Assembly: GCF_001194135.2 (NCBI RefSeq)
Contig: NC_068988.1
Coordinates: 56,913,481 to 56,977,480, forward strand
Length of the DNA stretch: 64,000 nucleotides
Source of the DNA: Octopus bimaculoides
Taxonomy: Eukaryota
Direction: 5' to 3'
The notes under the pieces are model-generated. The model did not search any database. It saw nothing but the letters and a program-made list of their open reading frames with translations, and was not told where the DNA came from. Made by a program: the position numbers and the translations under genes. Below, one piece after another: positions 13,701 through 26,325 of the stretch; position 1 is the first letter of the stretch, and each line of letters opens with the position of its first letter.

Positions 13701-15078
13701 CAATGTTCCATTCATTTGATCAATATTGCTAATTTTCCATTCATTTCATTGTTGCTAACCTGCAAGTCAGAACTGTAACTAGAATGAGCAGAACTATAAC
13801 TAAACCCAACAAAGACATTCCATCTTCGACCATCCTGTCTTTTTTTTTTCCCCTCTCAAGTATACATTATCCAATGTGTCCTTTTGTTTTTGCATGGTGT
13901 AATTTGAGGGAGATTTGGTTGTTATTTTTACCAGGTCCACTCACCATGCTAAAGGTCACCTCAAAGGGGTATTCATCTGTGTTGCTTAGCCCCAGATGAA
14001 TCTGGAGTGAGGAGGTCTATGATTAAAGCATTCCAGATATGACCATCCCATCATTCTCAAAATTTTTTGTTGCTTTACATACAGAGTATCTAAACGATGT
14101 TATCCAATCTGTCTTTTCCTCTTTTGTGAAAAAAATAGTAAAGAATGATCTGAGGGAAATTTGGCTGTTCTTTCAAGTAGGTTGAGTAATCCATGTTGAG
14201 GCTCACACATCGGTATGTATATGTATACGTTTGTATGTATGTATGTGTGCGTGTATGTGTGAATGAATCTGTGTTTGGGGGGCAAACATACCTACATGGC
14301 AATACATGACATTTAATTGATGCTGTCAAATTAAGTATCCCTAATTAGTGCACTCTGCATTGCATCGTCATACATACTGGTTAAAAATAATTTTTTTATG
14401 GGTAAATAAAAACAACAACAACAATAATAATAATGATAATAATGACAGTGATGATGATTTCTGACATATTGATTTAATGTTCTTCTCTTAGATAAGAAAC
14501 CATTTCCTTCTTAAAGAAGCTCATTACTATGTAACTGTACATAACAGTCTTCCCACCCCCTTACGCACATTCACAAACGCAGTCAAGCACACACACACAG
14601 AGCAAGGTTTACCCCCACCACAAACATAGATGTGTGTGTGTGTGTGTGGGTGTGTGCATAAACAAAATAATATCCCTTGTTAGAAAATTACGTGAAGAAG
14701 TTTGTGTTGATTCCCAGTTTCTAAATGAAGTGCCCTTAAAACAGTCAGCTCTTTCATTATCATGAAATCATAAAACTGGAAATGACCTGTTTGCCTCAAC
14801 ACCACCACCACCACCACTGCTATATATATAGTAGCTGTGGCAGTAGTAATGGTGGTGGTGGTGGTAGTAGTAACAGTAGCAGCAAGTTTTTGAAAGGAAG
14901 TTCATAAAAAATAGAAAGTTTAATTTGATGTTTACACATACCACACACACAAACACAAACACACACATTTATATATATGACATTTTCCTACTTCCCCAAA
15001 CATTCAAAGAGTGTGTAGGTGTGTGTGCATATGTCCATGAATGCGCACCACACACACATCTATAGCTATGTGGCTGAC

Positions 15079-15114
<36 letters not shown>

Positions 15115-15994
15115 GTGCACACACATTCATTCATACAAGTATCTGCATGAGTTTATTTATAGTAACCAGATACACGTTAACTTAACAAGGTAAGAGCTTA
15201 ATTAGACAAATTGAAGCGTTTACTCACTGAGAGTAGTGCTCCACAATTAATTTGAAATTAGTTAGGGGCTCTTAGAGATCAATATCTATGTGAAATGAAT
15301 GAATCTTAAATACACCCTTACAAAATTATTCACATGCACATGTGTGCGCACGTGTGTATGTATGTGGTGGCTACCTGTCATAGGTTGACATTAACTGTTC
15401 TGTTTAGATCAGGGTTCTCAATCATGTTTTTTTTCATCTATGGACCCCTTTGATTACTATTTTATTCTGGTGGACCCCCATAGCTATTCAATGCCTAAAA
15501 ACTAGTTTTATTGAAATTACTTTCAAAACCCCTATTTTGTTTTTCACACATTCACTTGTGTAGGTTGAACTATGTAAAACGTTTGAGAAAGAAACCCAGC
15601 TGTTTCTTGCTATACATACCAATACATACATCTAAAGCAAAATTTTTTCAGGGGTCCTTAAAATACTATTTGTGGATCCCCAAATTTACTATTTTGTTGT
15701 GTGGACACCCAAAAATTTTACAATGGACCTTCAAGGGCCACATGGACACCTTGCACGGTGAGTAAGGCAGTTGGTGTCATTCTCCTGCCAGGCCTCCATG
15801 GTAGATACCAAGTGATGCACAAGAGTACAATGAATATGGTCAATGATGAGACTGCCCTGCAGTAACAGCTCACTTGCTAGCTAACACCCAACTATTGTTT
15901 GAAGGGACAGATCTTCCACTTGGCCAAAATAATCTTCAAGCCTTTGGTCTTGGACTCCTCCTCTACCTTGTTGGTTATCCAATATGCTGTAGCA

Positions 15995-16028
<34 letters not shown>

Positions 16029-16500
16029 GTCTAAGAATCCATAAGTCCTCCTGTATTTGTTGACAGAATGGTGTTGCTCTCTCCTTTCTTTGACATTACA
16101 TGATAGTTGTAAGCTAGTGTCACTGTCATGAGAATGATGTCCTTTGTTTCCAAACTTTGGAGATATGTCTAATGTTGAGATTATGGGCTTGGGAACACGG
16201 GATGCAAGTGCATCACCTAAAATTTTTTTGGGGTGCAAAATCAAATTTTGTACCCCTACTTATTTTTCTCAGGTTTAGAAAAATACTGTATAAAAAGTGG
16301 TCTGTAAAAAGTTGCTAGAAGTTTGGTTTCTTCTCAAAGAACAGAGAAAAATAAATAAATAAATAAAAGAACAGAATCTTGTTTGCAAAAATTCTGGACT
16401 TGGGTTTGCAACCCCTGAACAAATTTCATTCCTGAGTCAGTGGTTGAAGGATTGGTGACAGTAAGGGCATCTGACTGTAGAAAATCTGCTACAATGAACT

Positions 16501-16610
16501 CTGACCAATACAAGCATGGCCCAATTCCATCCAACCAATACAAGCATGGACTAATTCCATCTGGCTAATACAAGCATGGGCCAATTCCATCTGGTCAGTA
16601 CAAGCAAGGA
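16501..16610 (+). repeat. 30-bp tandem repeat (about 3.7 units) at a family C 3' end
   Basis: Units ctgaccaatacaagcatggcccaattccat / ccaaccaatacaagcatggactaattccat / ctggctaatacaagcatgggccaattccat / partial. Confidence 0.9.
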
Positions 16611-17280
16611 TAACAATGATGATATGTATGTTGTACTTGACTTAGCTTTTTTTTGTGTAAAGTTCCCATAACTTAGAAGTTCAGCAAAACAGAGCCAGAC
16701 AGAATAAATATAAGATAAAAAAATTTTAAAAAAAGCAGTGGGTTTAATTTGACTGCCATGGGGACCCCCCCCCCCTATCCAATGGCTGCAACCCATTAAG
16801 TTATGAAAGAGTAAAAGAGCAGTATTCCACAAACTCTGGAAAAACAAAAAAAAAATTAAGTACTGAGGTAAATTTGATTAACTAAAAAAAAAAACAAAAA
16901 AAAACCCTATCATGTGGGTACTCCAAGAGTGGTCACAGCACAATATGCTAAACCAGTTATGAAAGAGTAAAAGAGTAGCATTATACAAACTCTGGAATGG
17001 TGTTAGATATCAATGAACTCTTCAGAAAATCAAAAGTGATATTACTTTGGTCTGAAGCAGTTGTTGGATTTTCATTAGAGATTGATTCTTTCATGTCAGC
17101 CATGCGGACAGATTTAGTTTAACTTTGGTCTTGTTCTACAGGTTTATCCACAAAACAACCAGCTCACTCATTACTGCTCGGCATCGATTGATTGACTGAG
17201 TGATTGATTGAAACTAACCAGGAACAATAAATAATATATATACACATGAATACACAAACACACATATACATTATATATAC

Positions 17281-17324
<44 letters not shown>

Positions 17325-18452
17325 AATAATAAATCAGACTTGTCAATTAGAGTTAACTAGTAAGAATGTTCCATTGTGAACCAATTTGGATAATGGTTAC
17401 TATTTACCAATATAGTCACCAGACAGGAAAAAATAATTTTTAGTTTATCTACTACTACTACTACACCACCAACAACAACAACGATGCCAACAGAAGCATG
17501 GAACTTGCAAACAAATAGGTAATTTTAGTTGTCATATTGAATGAGGTCTGATAAAGCTAAAAGTATTAATAAAGATATAAAGTGTATTTAAAAAAAAAAA
17601 TAACCAACCCAATCCAAAACAGTGCTTGGGGGGAGGGGGCAGAGAGAGGGCTGGTAGCTACATATAGAGAGAATAGCCAGGAACTCTTGTTATTTTTCTG
17701 TTGGTTTCTCTCTTTAACAGATTGTGAATCAGATGGAAATCTATCAAAATGTCGAACTAACCAGATGGTAAAGGTGAAAAAGAACATGTAGGTGTTTGTT
17801 CATTTGTTTAACATCTGTTTTTTTAATGCTAGCATGGGTTTCATAAGGACACATTTGAAGCAGGGTTTTTATGGCCAGATGCTCTTGCTGTCACCAACAC
17901 TGAACTTCAAAATTAATATGCAAATGGTCGAGACATGCAAACCTTTAATTCAAAGACATGCAAACCTTTAATTCAATTCTCAGGCAGAATTAGCAGATCT
18001 CACAAAATGTGATAGTTTCTTTTGAGACATATTAGTTAATATATTAACCATTATTAATATACCAACCATTATTAACCTCACCAGCACCAAACACGTTAGA
18101 TCTGTGTCTTGTTATTGTTGACAAAACAAGTCAAGTTTCCAGTGTATTGAAACGGAACAGAAGTTTCTTGGTTGGCATTGCTAAAGACGTGTTGCGGGGA
18201 TGAAAGGATGAGATCAAAGACTGCATATAGTGAAGGATAAAATTCTGTAGGGGTGTGTCTTTATTGTAAGATGTAGCTGACTGTAATTATGACAGAGTTA
18301 TGATGCTGTTATGATGGTAGTGATGAAGCTGTGATGAAAGTATGATGTAGTTACAATGAAGGTATGATACAATAATTATGAAATTATGATGTATATATGT
18401 AATTATGAAGTTAGGTACAATATAATAATGTAGTTATGATGTAACAATGATG

Positions 18453-19377
18453 TATGAGGTGTGTTAAAAAAGTATTGGACGTTTTAAATTTTGCACATTT
18501 CACAAATTTTATTTTGCTCACCTTCAGAATAATGCCCTTGGGAGTTTACACATGCCTCCCTGTGGTTGTGCCACTGCTGGTAACACCTATGGGACACCTT
18601 CTCTGAAATGTTATGATGTTCTGAAGTTGCTTTTCTCGTCATTTCCTCTCACAACTCAAATTGCTTCCCTTTCAACGTGGTTTGGAGAGGAACCAGAAGT
18701 TACACGGTATCAAGTTGGGAGAGCAGGGAGCCTGTCAAACATGTGATATGTTGTTCTTGACCAGGGAAGTTGGATCACAGAGTGTGTTCAAAAAGTATCT
18801 GACTTTATTTTTTTATCTGCTACTTTCCAGATGCACAAACCCTCCAATTACAATGGAATCAGCTGATCCTGTGCTTATTCCCATTTCATGAGTAATTTCC
18901 TGGATTGTTACATAACAGCCTTCCATGACTATTCACAGAACCTCCTCAATTGGCTCCTCATTTCAGTATGGGGATGGCCTGCCTGAGCAAGTTTCGCTCT
19001 CCACTGAGGAGCAGCCATTTTTGAAGCGGATTTACCACCTCTTGATTTGAGTTTTGCCCATGACATTTTCATCAAAGGCCTGCTGAAACTTCTGGGTGCT
19101 TTGAGCTCGAATCTCACCAGAGTTTTGGCAAAACTTGATGCAATATCTCTGCTCAATGCATTCAGTCACCTTTCGTGAAAATGAAAATCTGATGAGCATG
19201 CACTGCACGTCTGAATTCTAGGTGTAACAACCAGGAACTAATGTGGCCAACCAGCGCAAAAACTTTTATGCTTGTGCAGGAAGGGTGGTGTCACATTCCA
19301 CCCAAAAGATTTTATCTATGAGGTATTAATTTTGGTGGGAAAAACAAAAGTAGAATCCTTTTTGAATGCACCTCATA
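18453..19377 (-). mobile_element. Internally deleted mariner element with TA ends
   Basis: Ends are tatgaggtgtgttaaaaaagtatt and aatcctttttgaatgcacctcata. Minus-strand remnants IEQRYCIKFCQ, SGRPS and APCSPNLIPCNFWF resemble mariner transposase N- and C-terminal motifs. The middle of the catalytic region is missing. Confidence 0.85.
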
Positions 19378-19898
19378 GCTATGATGTTTATTAAGTTTTG
19401 ATGTAGTAATATTGTAGTTATATTTTTTATGATGTCACACTTTGTCATATTTTCATGATCACATGATGTTTTTATGATGTTATGTTTTGATGGTGATATG
19501 ATATTGTATTTTTATGATGTGATTATGATAAGTTATGCTGTATTTATGATAAAGATATGATGCAGTTATCCAAAATTATAAGCTTCCTAAACAAACAGTA
19601 CACATCTTGAAGATTCTGGACAGCGATAGAATATCAACTGGAATTCTTAAGATTTCCCTGTCTAACTTGACAACATTCTCCGGTGCCTGTTGAGATAGCT
19701 GATACTGGATACTATGACAACAACATCACCAAAGTCTAAGACAAAATAATTGTTTTTACTCAACATGGCTTCAATACAACACAGAAAATTATGGAAGGAA
19801 TTAAAATATTTATTGCCAAGAATGTTGTGATACACGTCAACCCAAACAAAACAGCAGAACTAATAAAGCTGATTTCTAACTTTGGTACAAGACAATAT

Positions 19899-20012
<114 letters not shown>

Positions 20013-20959
20013 GAATAGAATAGAATATAGTTGATTAACATCTTTGATATTGACCTGCCTAAGACCACCAGGAGTTCTATCATATGAAACTCATCATCAT
20101 CATCACCATTTAAAGTCCATTTTCCATGCTGGGATGGGCTGGATGGTTTGACTGAAAACTGGTAAGCTGCACCAGGTTCCAATCTGATTTGGCACAGTTA
20201 ATGCCAACCACTCCAAGAGTGTAGTGGGTGCTGTTTATGTGCCAGTTACAAAACACCAGCATCGGCCACAACTATAATCTCACTTCGCTTGATATGTCTC
20301 CTCAAGCACAGTATACTGCCAAATGACAGTCACTTGTCACTGCCTTCATGAGGCCCAAAGTTCAAAGGGTGCTTTTTACATGCCATCGGCACGGGTGCCA
20401 GTTCTGCAACACTGATACTGGTCAGTGTTCATCATCATCATTTTAATGTTCACTTCTCCATGCTTGCAGGAATCAGATGGAATTTACTGAGGCAGATCTT
20501 CCATGTCCAGATGTCCTCTCTGTTGACAACCCTTGCCTGCCAAATTCACTAACAAAGTTTCAATCATCCTGCTGCTATAGTAGAAGACACTTGCCCAAGG
20601 TGCCTTTCAGTGGGTCTGAACCAGAAACCATGTGGTTGTGAAGTAAGATTCTTACCACACAGCTATGCCTGTGCTTATAAATAAGAAAAACTGATATGGG
20701 TAAAAAAAAGCTTTTTAGTTCTGGTGCAGTCAACATCTCTAATGTCAGTGACATGACAAAAGGTACCCCAGTCTGAGATGAGAAGGACATTTTCTAGCCA
20801 TGCATAAAAAGAATAAGGAAAAAAGAAAGCCCTGATGAAAATCTCCCCCAAAACACAATGAATGGTAATTTTGTCTGTTGTTGCCATGTGAGTCATGTAG
20901 CAAAAAGACTGAAAATATGCACCAACATGTGACAGTCTGTGAGTTACTTATAACCAACA

Positions 20960-21205
20960 CAAGCATGGATGGATGGATGGAAAGGTAGAAAGAAAGAAAG
21001 AGGGAGGAAAAGAAAGAGAGAAAGAAAGAAAAGGAAGAATGAGAAAGAAAGAAGGACAGAAAGAAAGCAAAAAGAAAATGAAAAAAGGGAGGAAAGAAAG
21101 GATGAGAATGAAAGAAAAGAAGGAAATAAAGGGAGAATAAACGAATGACAGACAGAAAGAAAGAAAGACAAAAAGAAAGAGAGGAACAGAAAGAAAGAAA
21201 GAGTC
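20960..21205. repeat. Purine-rich (GAAA)-type low-complexity tract
   Basis: Seen directly; explains the overlapping F/S/L-rich minus-strand ORFs at 20745-21310. Confidence 0.9.
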
Positions 21206-22505
21206 CCCCCCCCACGTATCCGGATATGAAATGAATGATGATGACAGCAGCATATCATCAGAGAAATATGAGACTCCTCTAGAAGTCAGAAGGAGGTCTT
21301 TAGTTACCAAACATTATTCTATAAAGAGCCACATATGTAATATGATAGGCAACAGTTGCTGTTTGTGTTTGAACCTCTTCTCTTGCAAAGAGAAGAAATT
21401 AGGAAACCGCAAAAGAAAGGTTCTGCAGAAATTATGTCAAAAGACCATGCCTTGTTTTCTCTTTTTTTTTTTTTTTTTTGGTGGTGCTGGTCATGGTGGG
21501 GTTATAACCTCTTTGCTCTGGTGAGATCAAAACAGGTAATTAAAACTAATCTCACAACTCTCTCCTTATCAATTTGATTAGTCTTTTATTTGTATCTGGT
21601 TCCACCACGGTTAACCAATGTTGGAACATTGGTTTCAGATTCTGGCACAGGGCCAGCAATTTCGTGGGAAGGGAGGGAGTTTGTAAGGTGATTACATTGG
21701 GGCTCCAATGCTCAACTGAGGTCAACTTTGCTTTTCATCCTTTCTGAGTTGATAAATTAAGTACCAGCTGCATACTGGGGTTGATCTAATTGAATGGCCA
21801 CCTCCCCCCAAATTTTGGGCCTTGTGCCTATAGTAAAAAAGATTATTATCATTATTATAAGGTGGTAAGCTGACAGAATCGTTAGTGGTATTTCGTTGAT
21901 CTTCATGTTCTGCGTTCAAATTCTGCCAAGGTCGACTTTGTCTTTCATCCTTTCAGCGTTGATAAATTTTACAGACCCCAAAACGATGAAGGGCAAAAAA
22001 TCAACCCAGGTGACATTTGAAATCAGAATGTAAAGCAGAAAGAAATACTATCAAATATTTTGTCCAGCATGGTAAGGATTCTGCCAGCTCAACACCTTAA
22101 ACCTTAAAATATTGAAACTCACTCAAAAATACTGCACACACACACACACACACACGAGATAGAAAATATGAAAATTCGATGTATCAGTAGATGCAGGCAT
22201 GCTTATGTGGTTAACAATGCATGCCTGGTTATGTGGTTAACAAGCTTGCTTTGTAGCCATGAATCCCAGTTCAGTCCCACCCTGGGCTGATAAATGCTTT
22301 GTGAGTGAATTTGGTAGAAGGAAACTTTGTGAAAGCCCATCATATATGTGTGTGTGTGTGTACGTGTGTGCACGTTTTCCCCGTCACACACTGCTTGACA
22401 ACAGGTGTTTGTTTATGTCTTCATGACTTAGTGGTTCGATAAAAGGAACCGATAAAGTACCAGACTTAAAAGAATAAGTACTGGAGTTGATCTGTTTGAC
22501 TAAAC

Positions 22506-22853
22506 CAGAGGTCACCAAACTTTTTCAACCATCGCCCCCCCCCCCCNNNNNNNNNNNNNNNNNNNNNNNNNNNTTAGCCACTTCTTCTGCATCGACCACC
22601 TTCCTCATTCAAAATATCTTAATACCCTACCCTACGCTACCTTATCTTAAAAGCGTACTGGATACTGATGCTGGCAATTAAAATGTTAGCTAAAATATAC
22701 AGGTATGACGCTGACTAAGTGTTTCAAACAGCTTATCTGGATGAGCTGGTCTTTTGCATGCCGACCCCCATTCGACCCCTTGGCTAACATCGACCCCCTG
22801 TAATTCCTCACTGACTCCTAGGAGGTCTCTCAGACTCCCTTTGGCGACCTCTG
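22506..22853. mobile_element. Non-autonomous hAT element inserted in a SINE A copy
   Basis: TIRs cagaggtcaccaaac / ctttggcgacctctg; perfect 8-bp TSD gactaaac at 22498-22505 and 22854-22861; repeated cgacccc subterminal motifs; contains a 27-nt N gap. Confidence 0.9.
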
Positions 22854-23767
22854 GACTAAACCCTTCGAGGCAGTGCCCCAGCATGGCAGCAGTCCAATGA
22901 CTAAAATAAGAAAATGGAAAAAAAGAAAAAATACAAGATAAAATGGCCAACTCCTAATTTGTTTTTTTCCAAACATTTACAATTCCATGTATTTCATTAT
23001 ATTTCTTGATATAAAACAAAATTAGTTGGATATGGATAGTCTCCTTGATCTTTGCAAGCTCTTTCAGAATGGAGAGCTAAATGTATCCAAGACCAAACCT
23101 GAACATGTGTAGTGATAAGTAGGGAAGCGACTGCAGGATCTAGTCTGAATACAAGCAACAATGAATTTCACTAAAGGACTCTCAGATGCCATGTCCGGTC
23201 CTACATGACAATGATGTTAACAATCCTTTAGCATTTGTATTGGCAGAATCGTTAACACGCTGGGCAAAATGCTTAGTGGCATTTCGTTCATCTTTATGTT
23301 CTGAGTTCAAATTCCGCCGCGGTGATTTTATCTTTCATCCTTTCAGGGTCGATAAAATAAGTACCAGGTGAGTACTAGGGTCATTGTAATCAACTTGCCC
23401 CCACCCCTGAACTTGCTGGCCAAAATCTGAAACCATTATCTGGCCCAAATATTCTGCTTGTTTATATTCAAACTGACCAGATCCAGCCCCTTACACCTAC
23501 CCTACATTGCCATTCTAGAATGTCTCTACATTCCATCTGTCTTTATATTCTGAGTTCAACTTCTGCCAAGGTTGACTTTTCCTTTCATCATTTTGGGGTC
23601 AATAAGATACATACCAGTTGAGCACTGGGGTTGATCTAATTGACTTACCTCTTCCCCTGAAATTACTGGCCTTGTGCCAAAATTTGAAACCAATATCTAC
23701 CCCAAATATTCTGCCTGCTTTATGTTCAAACTGACTCAGATCCAGCCACTCACATCTATCCTACAAT

Positions 23768-24000
23768 GTGGAGGCATGTGACTTAGTGGTTAGGGTGTTG
23801 GACTCATGATCAAAAGATTATGGTTTCAATTCCTGGGCCTGGCGATGTGTTGTGTTTATGAGCAAAACACTTCATTTCACAATGCTCCAGTCCACTCAGT
23901 TGGGAAAACAAATGTATTCCAGTAATAGACTGGTGTCCCATCCAGGGGGTGGATATATACACCACAGAAACTGAGAAATGGTCGCAATGAGTCTCCATGA
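23768..24000 (+). mobile_element. SINE family D copy (tRNA head, CORE-like and V-like blocks)
   Basis: ggaggcatgtgacttagtggttagggtgttggactc head with gtttcaattcc B-box-like motif, gagcaaaacactt, and gactggtgtcccatccagggg. Related copies near 3840-3985, 7940-8095, 35845-36050, 54081-54333 and 63465-63668. Domain naming is from recall. Confidence 0.75.
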
Positions 24001-24069
24001 CACAAAAAAAAGTTAAGCTGATCTATCCTATAATGTCATGCTGAAAAGAAAAACAATTACATCATTGCG

Positions 24070-24280
24070 GAGATATACTTGCATAGCAACTGACCTGATC
24101 TGAGATCGTGTGCTGGAACGAAAACAATTGCAGCATGGAAGATGTTTATAAGCCATTTAAAATAACACACAAAAATTGTTAGATTCCCTTCAACATTTAA
24201 ATTTAATTTGTCAAAATATTTTTGTCGCTTTGAGACCGCGACCTGTTCACTGACAAAGTTCTGAGCTGCATCTGAGAAAG
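24070..24280 (-). mobile_element. Young interspersed repeat, possibly a Helitron-type end
   Basis: About 170 nt shared with 53255-53427, 9 mismatches by hand alignment, CpGs retained. Class assignment is inference. Confidence 0.6.
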
Positions 24281-24895
24281 TAACAGTTAGTTCATAATAT
24301 ATATGTACGTATGTATGTGTGCATGTGCGTGTACATGCGTATGAATGTGTGCATGCTTATACGCATGTATTACATCATTGACATCATGGAACTACAACAG
24401 AATGCACGATTAATTCAAAACAATGTGAATAAAATACATATATAAAACAGAGTAATCTGAATGCTAGAAGGGTTAAACCAAGTGATGTATTTAGAACTAT
24501 CAGCCAAAGGACCTGCTGACTGCAGTACTAAACCATGTTGTTTATTGTACTTAGTACCTAGATACCCTAGGGCTAGCTGACAGTTGTATTAAGTTAGGTG
24601 GAAAGTTGAGCCTAACACCTATTTGACAAATAGCATTTATAGAATATACAACAAAGAAAACAAAAAAATGAAGTAAAAACAAATATGACAGTTTCACCAG
24701 CAGAAAATAGGTAAATGTGTCACAATGTATCTAAGTATCGTTTGCCTTTTATTTTTCGTTTCAGTCATTAGACTGTGGTCATGCTGGGGCACCGCCTTGC
24801 AGAATTTTTTGCCAAGTGAATCAACTGTGGTCATGCTGGGGCACAGCCTTGCAGAATTTTATATCTTATATGGATCCTGGTTGAGGACCACTGAT

Positions 24896-25108
24896 TTAAC
24901 CCTTTCGCTACCGTATTTATTTTGAGATGCTCTGTGTTTCTTTCAATTATTTTAACTATAACAAAGAATTTAGTAAAATAACTTAGTTATCATTAAGCTA
25001 GTGTTAGGAACATAAATTGCATTTAAGGTTTCATGGAAGATTTTAATTCAAAACTTATGAAAACAAGACATTTGTACTAAAGAGCCAGGTTAGTATCAAA
25101 AGAGTTAA
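24896..25108. mobile_element. TTAA-flanked MITE (piggyBac-like ends), second family
   Basis: ttaaccctttcgctacc ... gtatcaaaagagttaa; a related decayed copy lies at about 43180-43390. Confidence 0.65.
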
Positions 25109-25261
25109 GTGAACCTACACAAGTTGTCGGTCAGTGGGGGGGACAAACACAAAGGCACATACACACACACTCATATATGTACCCTATTTGAACTTGCAGC
25201 ATAAAGAGTTGGAAGAAATGTTATAAAGCATTTTGTATTATAGCTAATGATTTCGCCAGCT

Positions 25262-25670
25262 CAGTATCAATATTGATTTCAAATTTTGGCTCAAGGCCAG
25301 CAATTCCAGGGGTGGGAGTAAATCGATTACATTCGACCCCAGTGTTCAACAACTGGTACTTATTTTATTGACCCTGAAAGGATGAAAGGCAAAATCAACC
25401 TCGGAGGAATTTGAAATCAGAATTTAAAGACAAAATGCTGCTACTATGCATTTTGCCTGGCACGGTAACAAGTTACCCTTGGGTAAATGAGCCTTATTTG
25501 CAATACATCAATGCAGGAGCTTCTACATGGTTACTCAGCTTGCTAGAAATAGCAACCAAATCTTTTTCAGATCACACCTTTGCCATCTAAAAAAGAAAAA
25601 TTGGATGAAGACATATTTGATGATATAGTCCTAGAAACATTATGCTTCTGCCAGCTCACCGCCTTATAGC

Positions 25671-25709
<39 letters not shown>

Positions 25710-26325
25710 TCTTTCTACTAAAAGCACAAGGCCTGAAATTTTGGGGAAGGGGACTAGTCAATTATATTGTTTCACTGGTACTTAATTTTCTTGACCCCGA
25801 AAGGACGAAGGGTAAAGTTGACCTTGGCAGAATTTGAACTCAGAATGCAGCAACGGGCGAAATACTGCTAGGCATTTCGTCCAACATGCTAAGGATTCTA
25901 CCAGCTCACCGCCTTCAATAATAATACTTTCTACTGTAGACACAAGGCCTGGAATTTGTTGGGAGGAGGATAGTTGATCACATCGACCCAAGTACTTGAC
26001 TGGTACTTAATTCATCAACCCCGAAAGGATGAATGACAAAGTTGACCTTGGCAGATTTTGAATGCAGAACGTGAAGATGGACGAAATACCACTAACGATT
26101 CTGTCCTTTTCTACTATAGGCACAAGGCCCAAAATTTGGGGTGAGGTGGTCATTCGACTAGATCAACCCCAGTATGCAACTGGTACTTAATTTATCGACT
26201 CTGAAAGGATGAAAAGCAAAGTCAACCTCAGCAGAATTTGACCTCAGAATGAAGCAGCAGATGTAATACTGCTAAGCATTTCACTCAGCGTGCTAACAAT
26301 TCTGCCAGCTCACCGCCTTATAACA
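25262..26325 (-). mobile_element. Head-to-tail cluster of SINE family B copies separated by (AAT)n
   Basis: Repeated blocks gaaaggatgaaaggcaaagtcgacc...gaatttgaactcagaa...ctgccagctcaccgcc at about 25370, 25800, 26020 and 26200. Confidence 0.85.

Noticed and set aside
14085-14180. Apparent exon EYLNDVIQSVFSSFVKKIVKNDLREIWLFFQ
   Set aside because: Its 3' half is a recurring repeat block (gatttgagggagatttggctg) also seen near 13900 and 57030.
15850-15990. Minus-strand NKVEEESKTKGLKIILAK resembling an RTE RT segment
   Set aside because: Single short motif; flanking frames give no further ordered motifs.
16799-16997. 43-bp direct repeat flanking a SINE tail fragment
   Set aside because: Half of the repeat is the SINE tail itself; most simply a small local duplication.
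18082-18220. Good acceptor and CTG|GTGAGG donor on the minus strand
   Set aside because: All three frames contain stops; it cannot be supported as coding.
19590-19710. Protein-like minus frame YQLSQQAPENVVKLDREILRIPVDILSLSRIFK
   Set aside because: No convincing donor and no recognisable homology.
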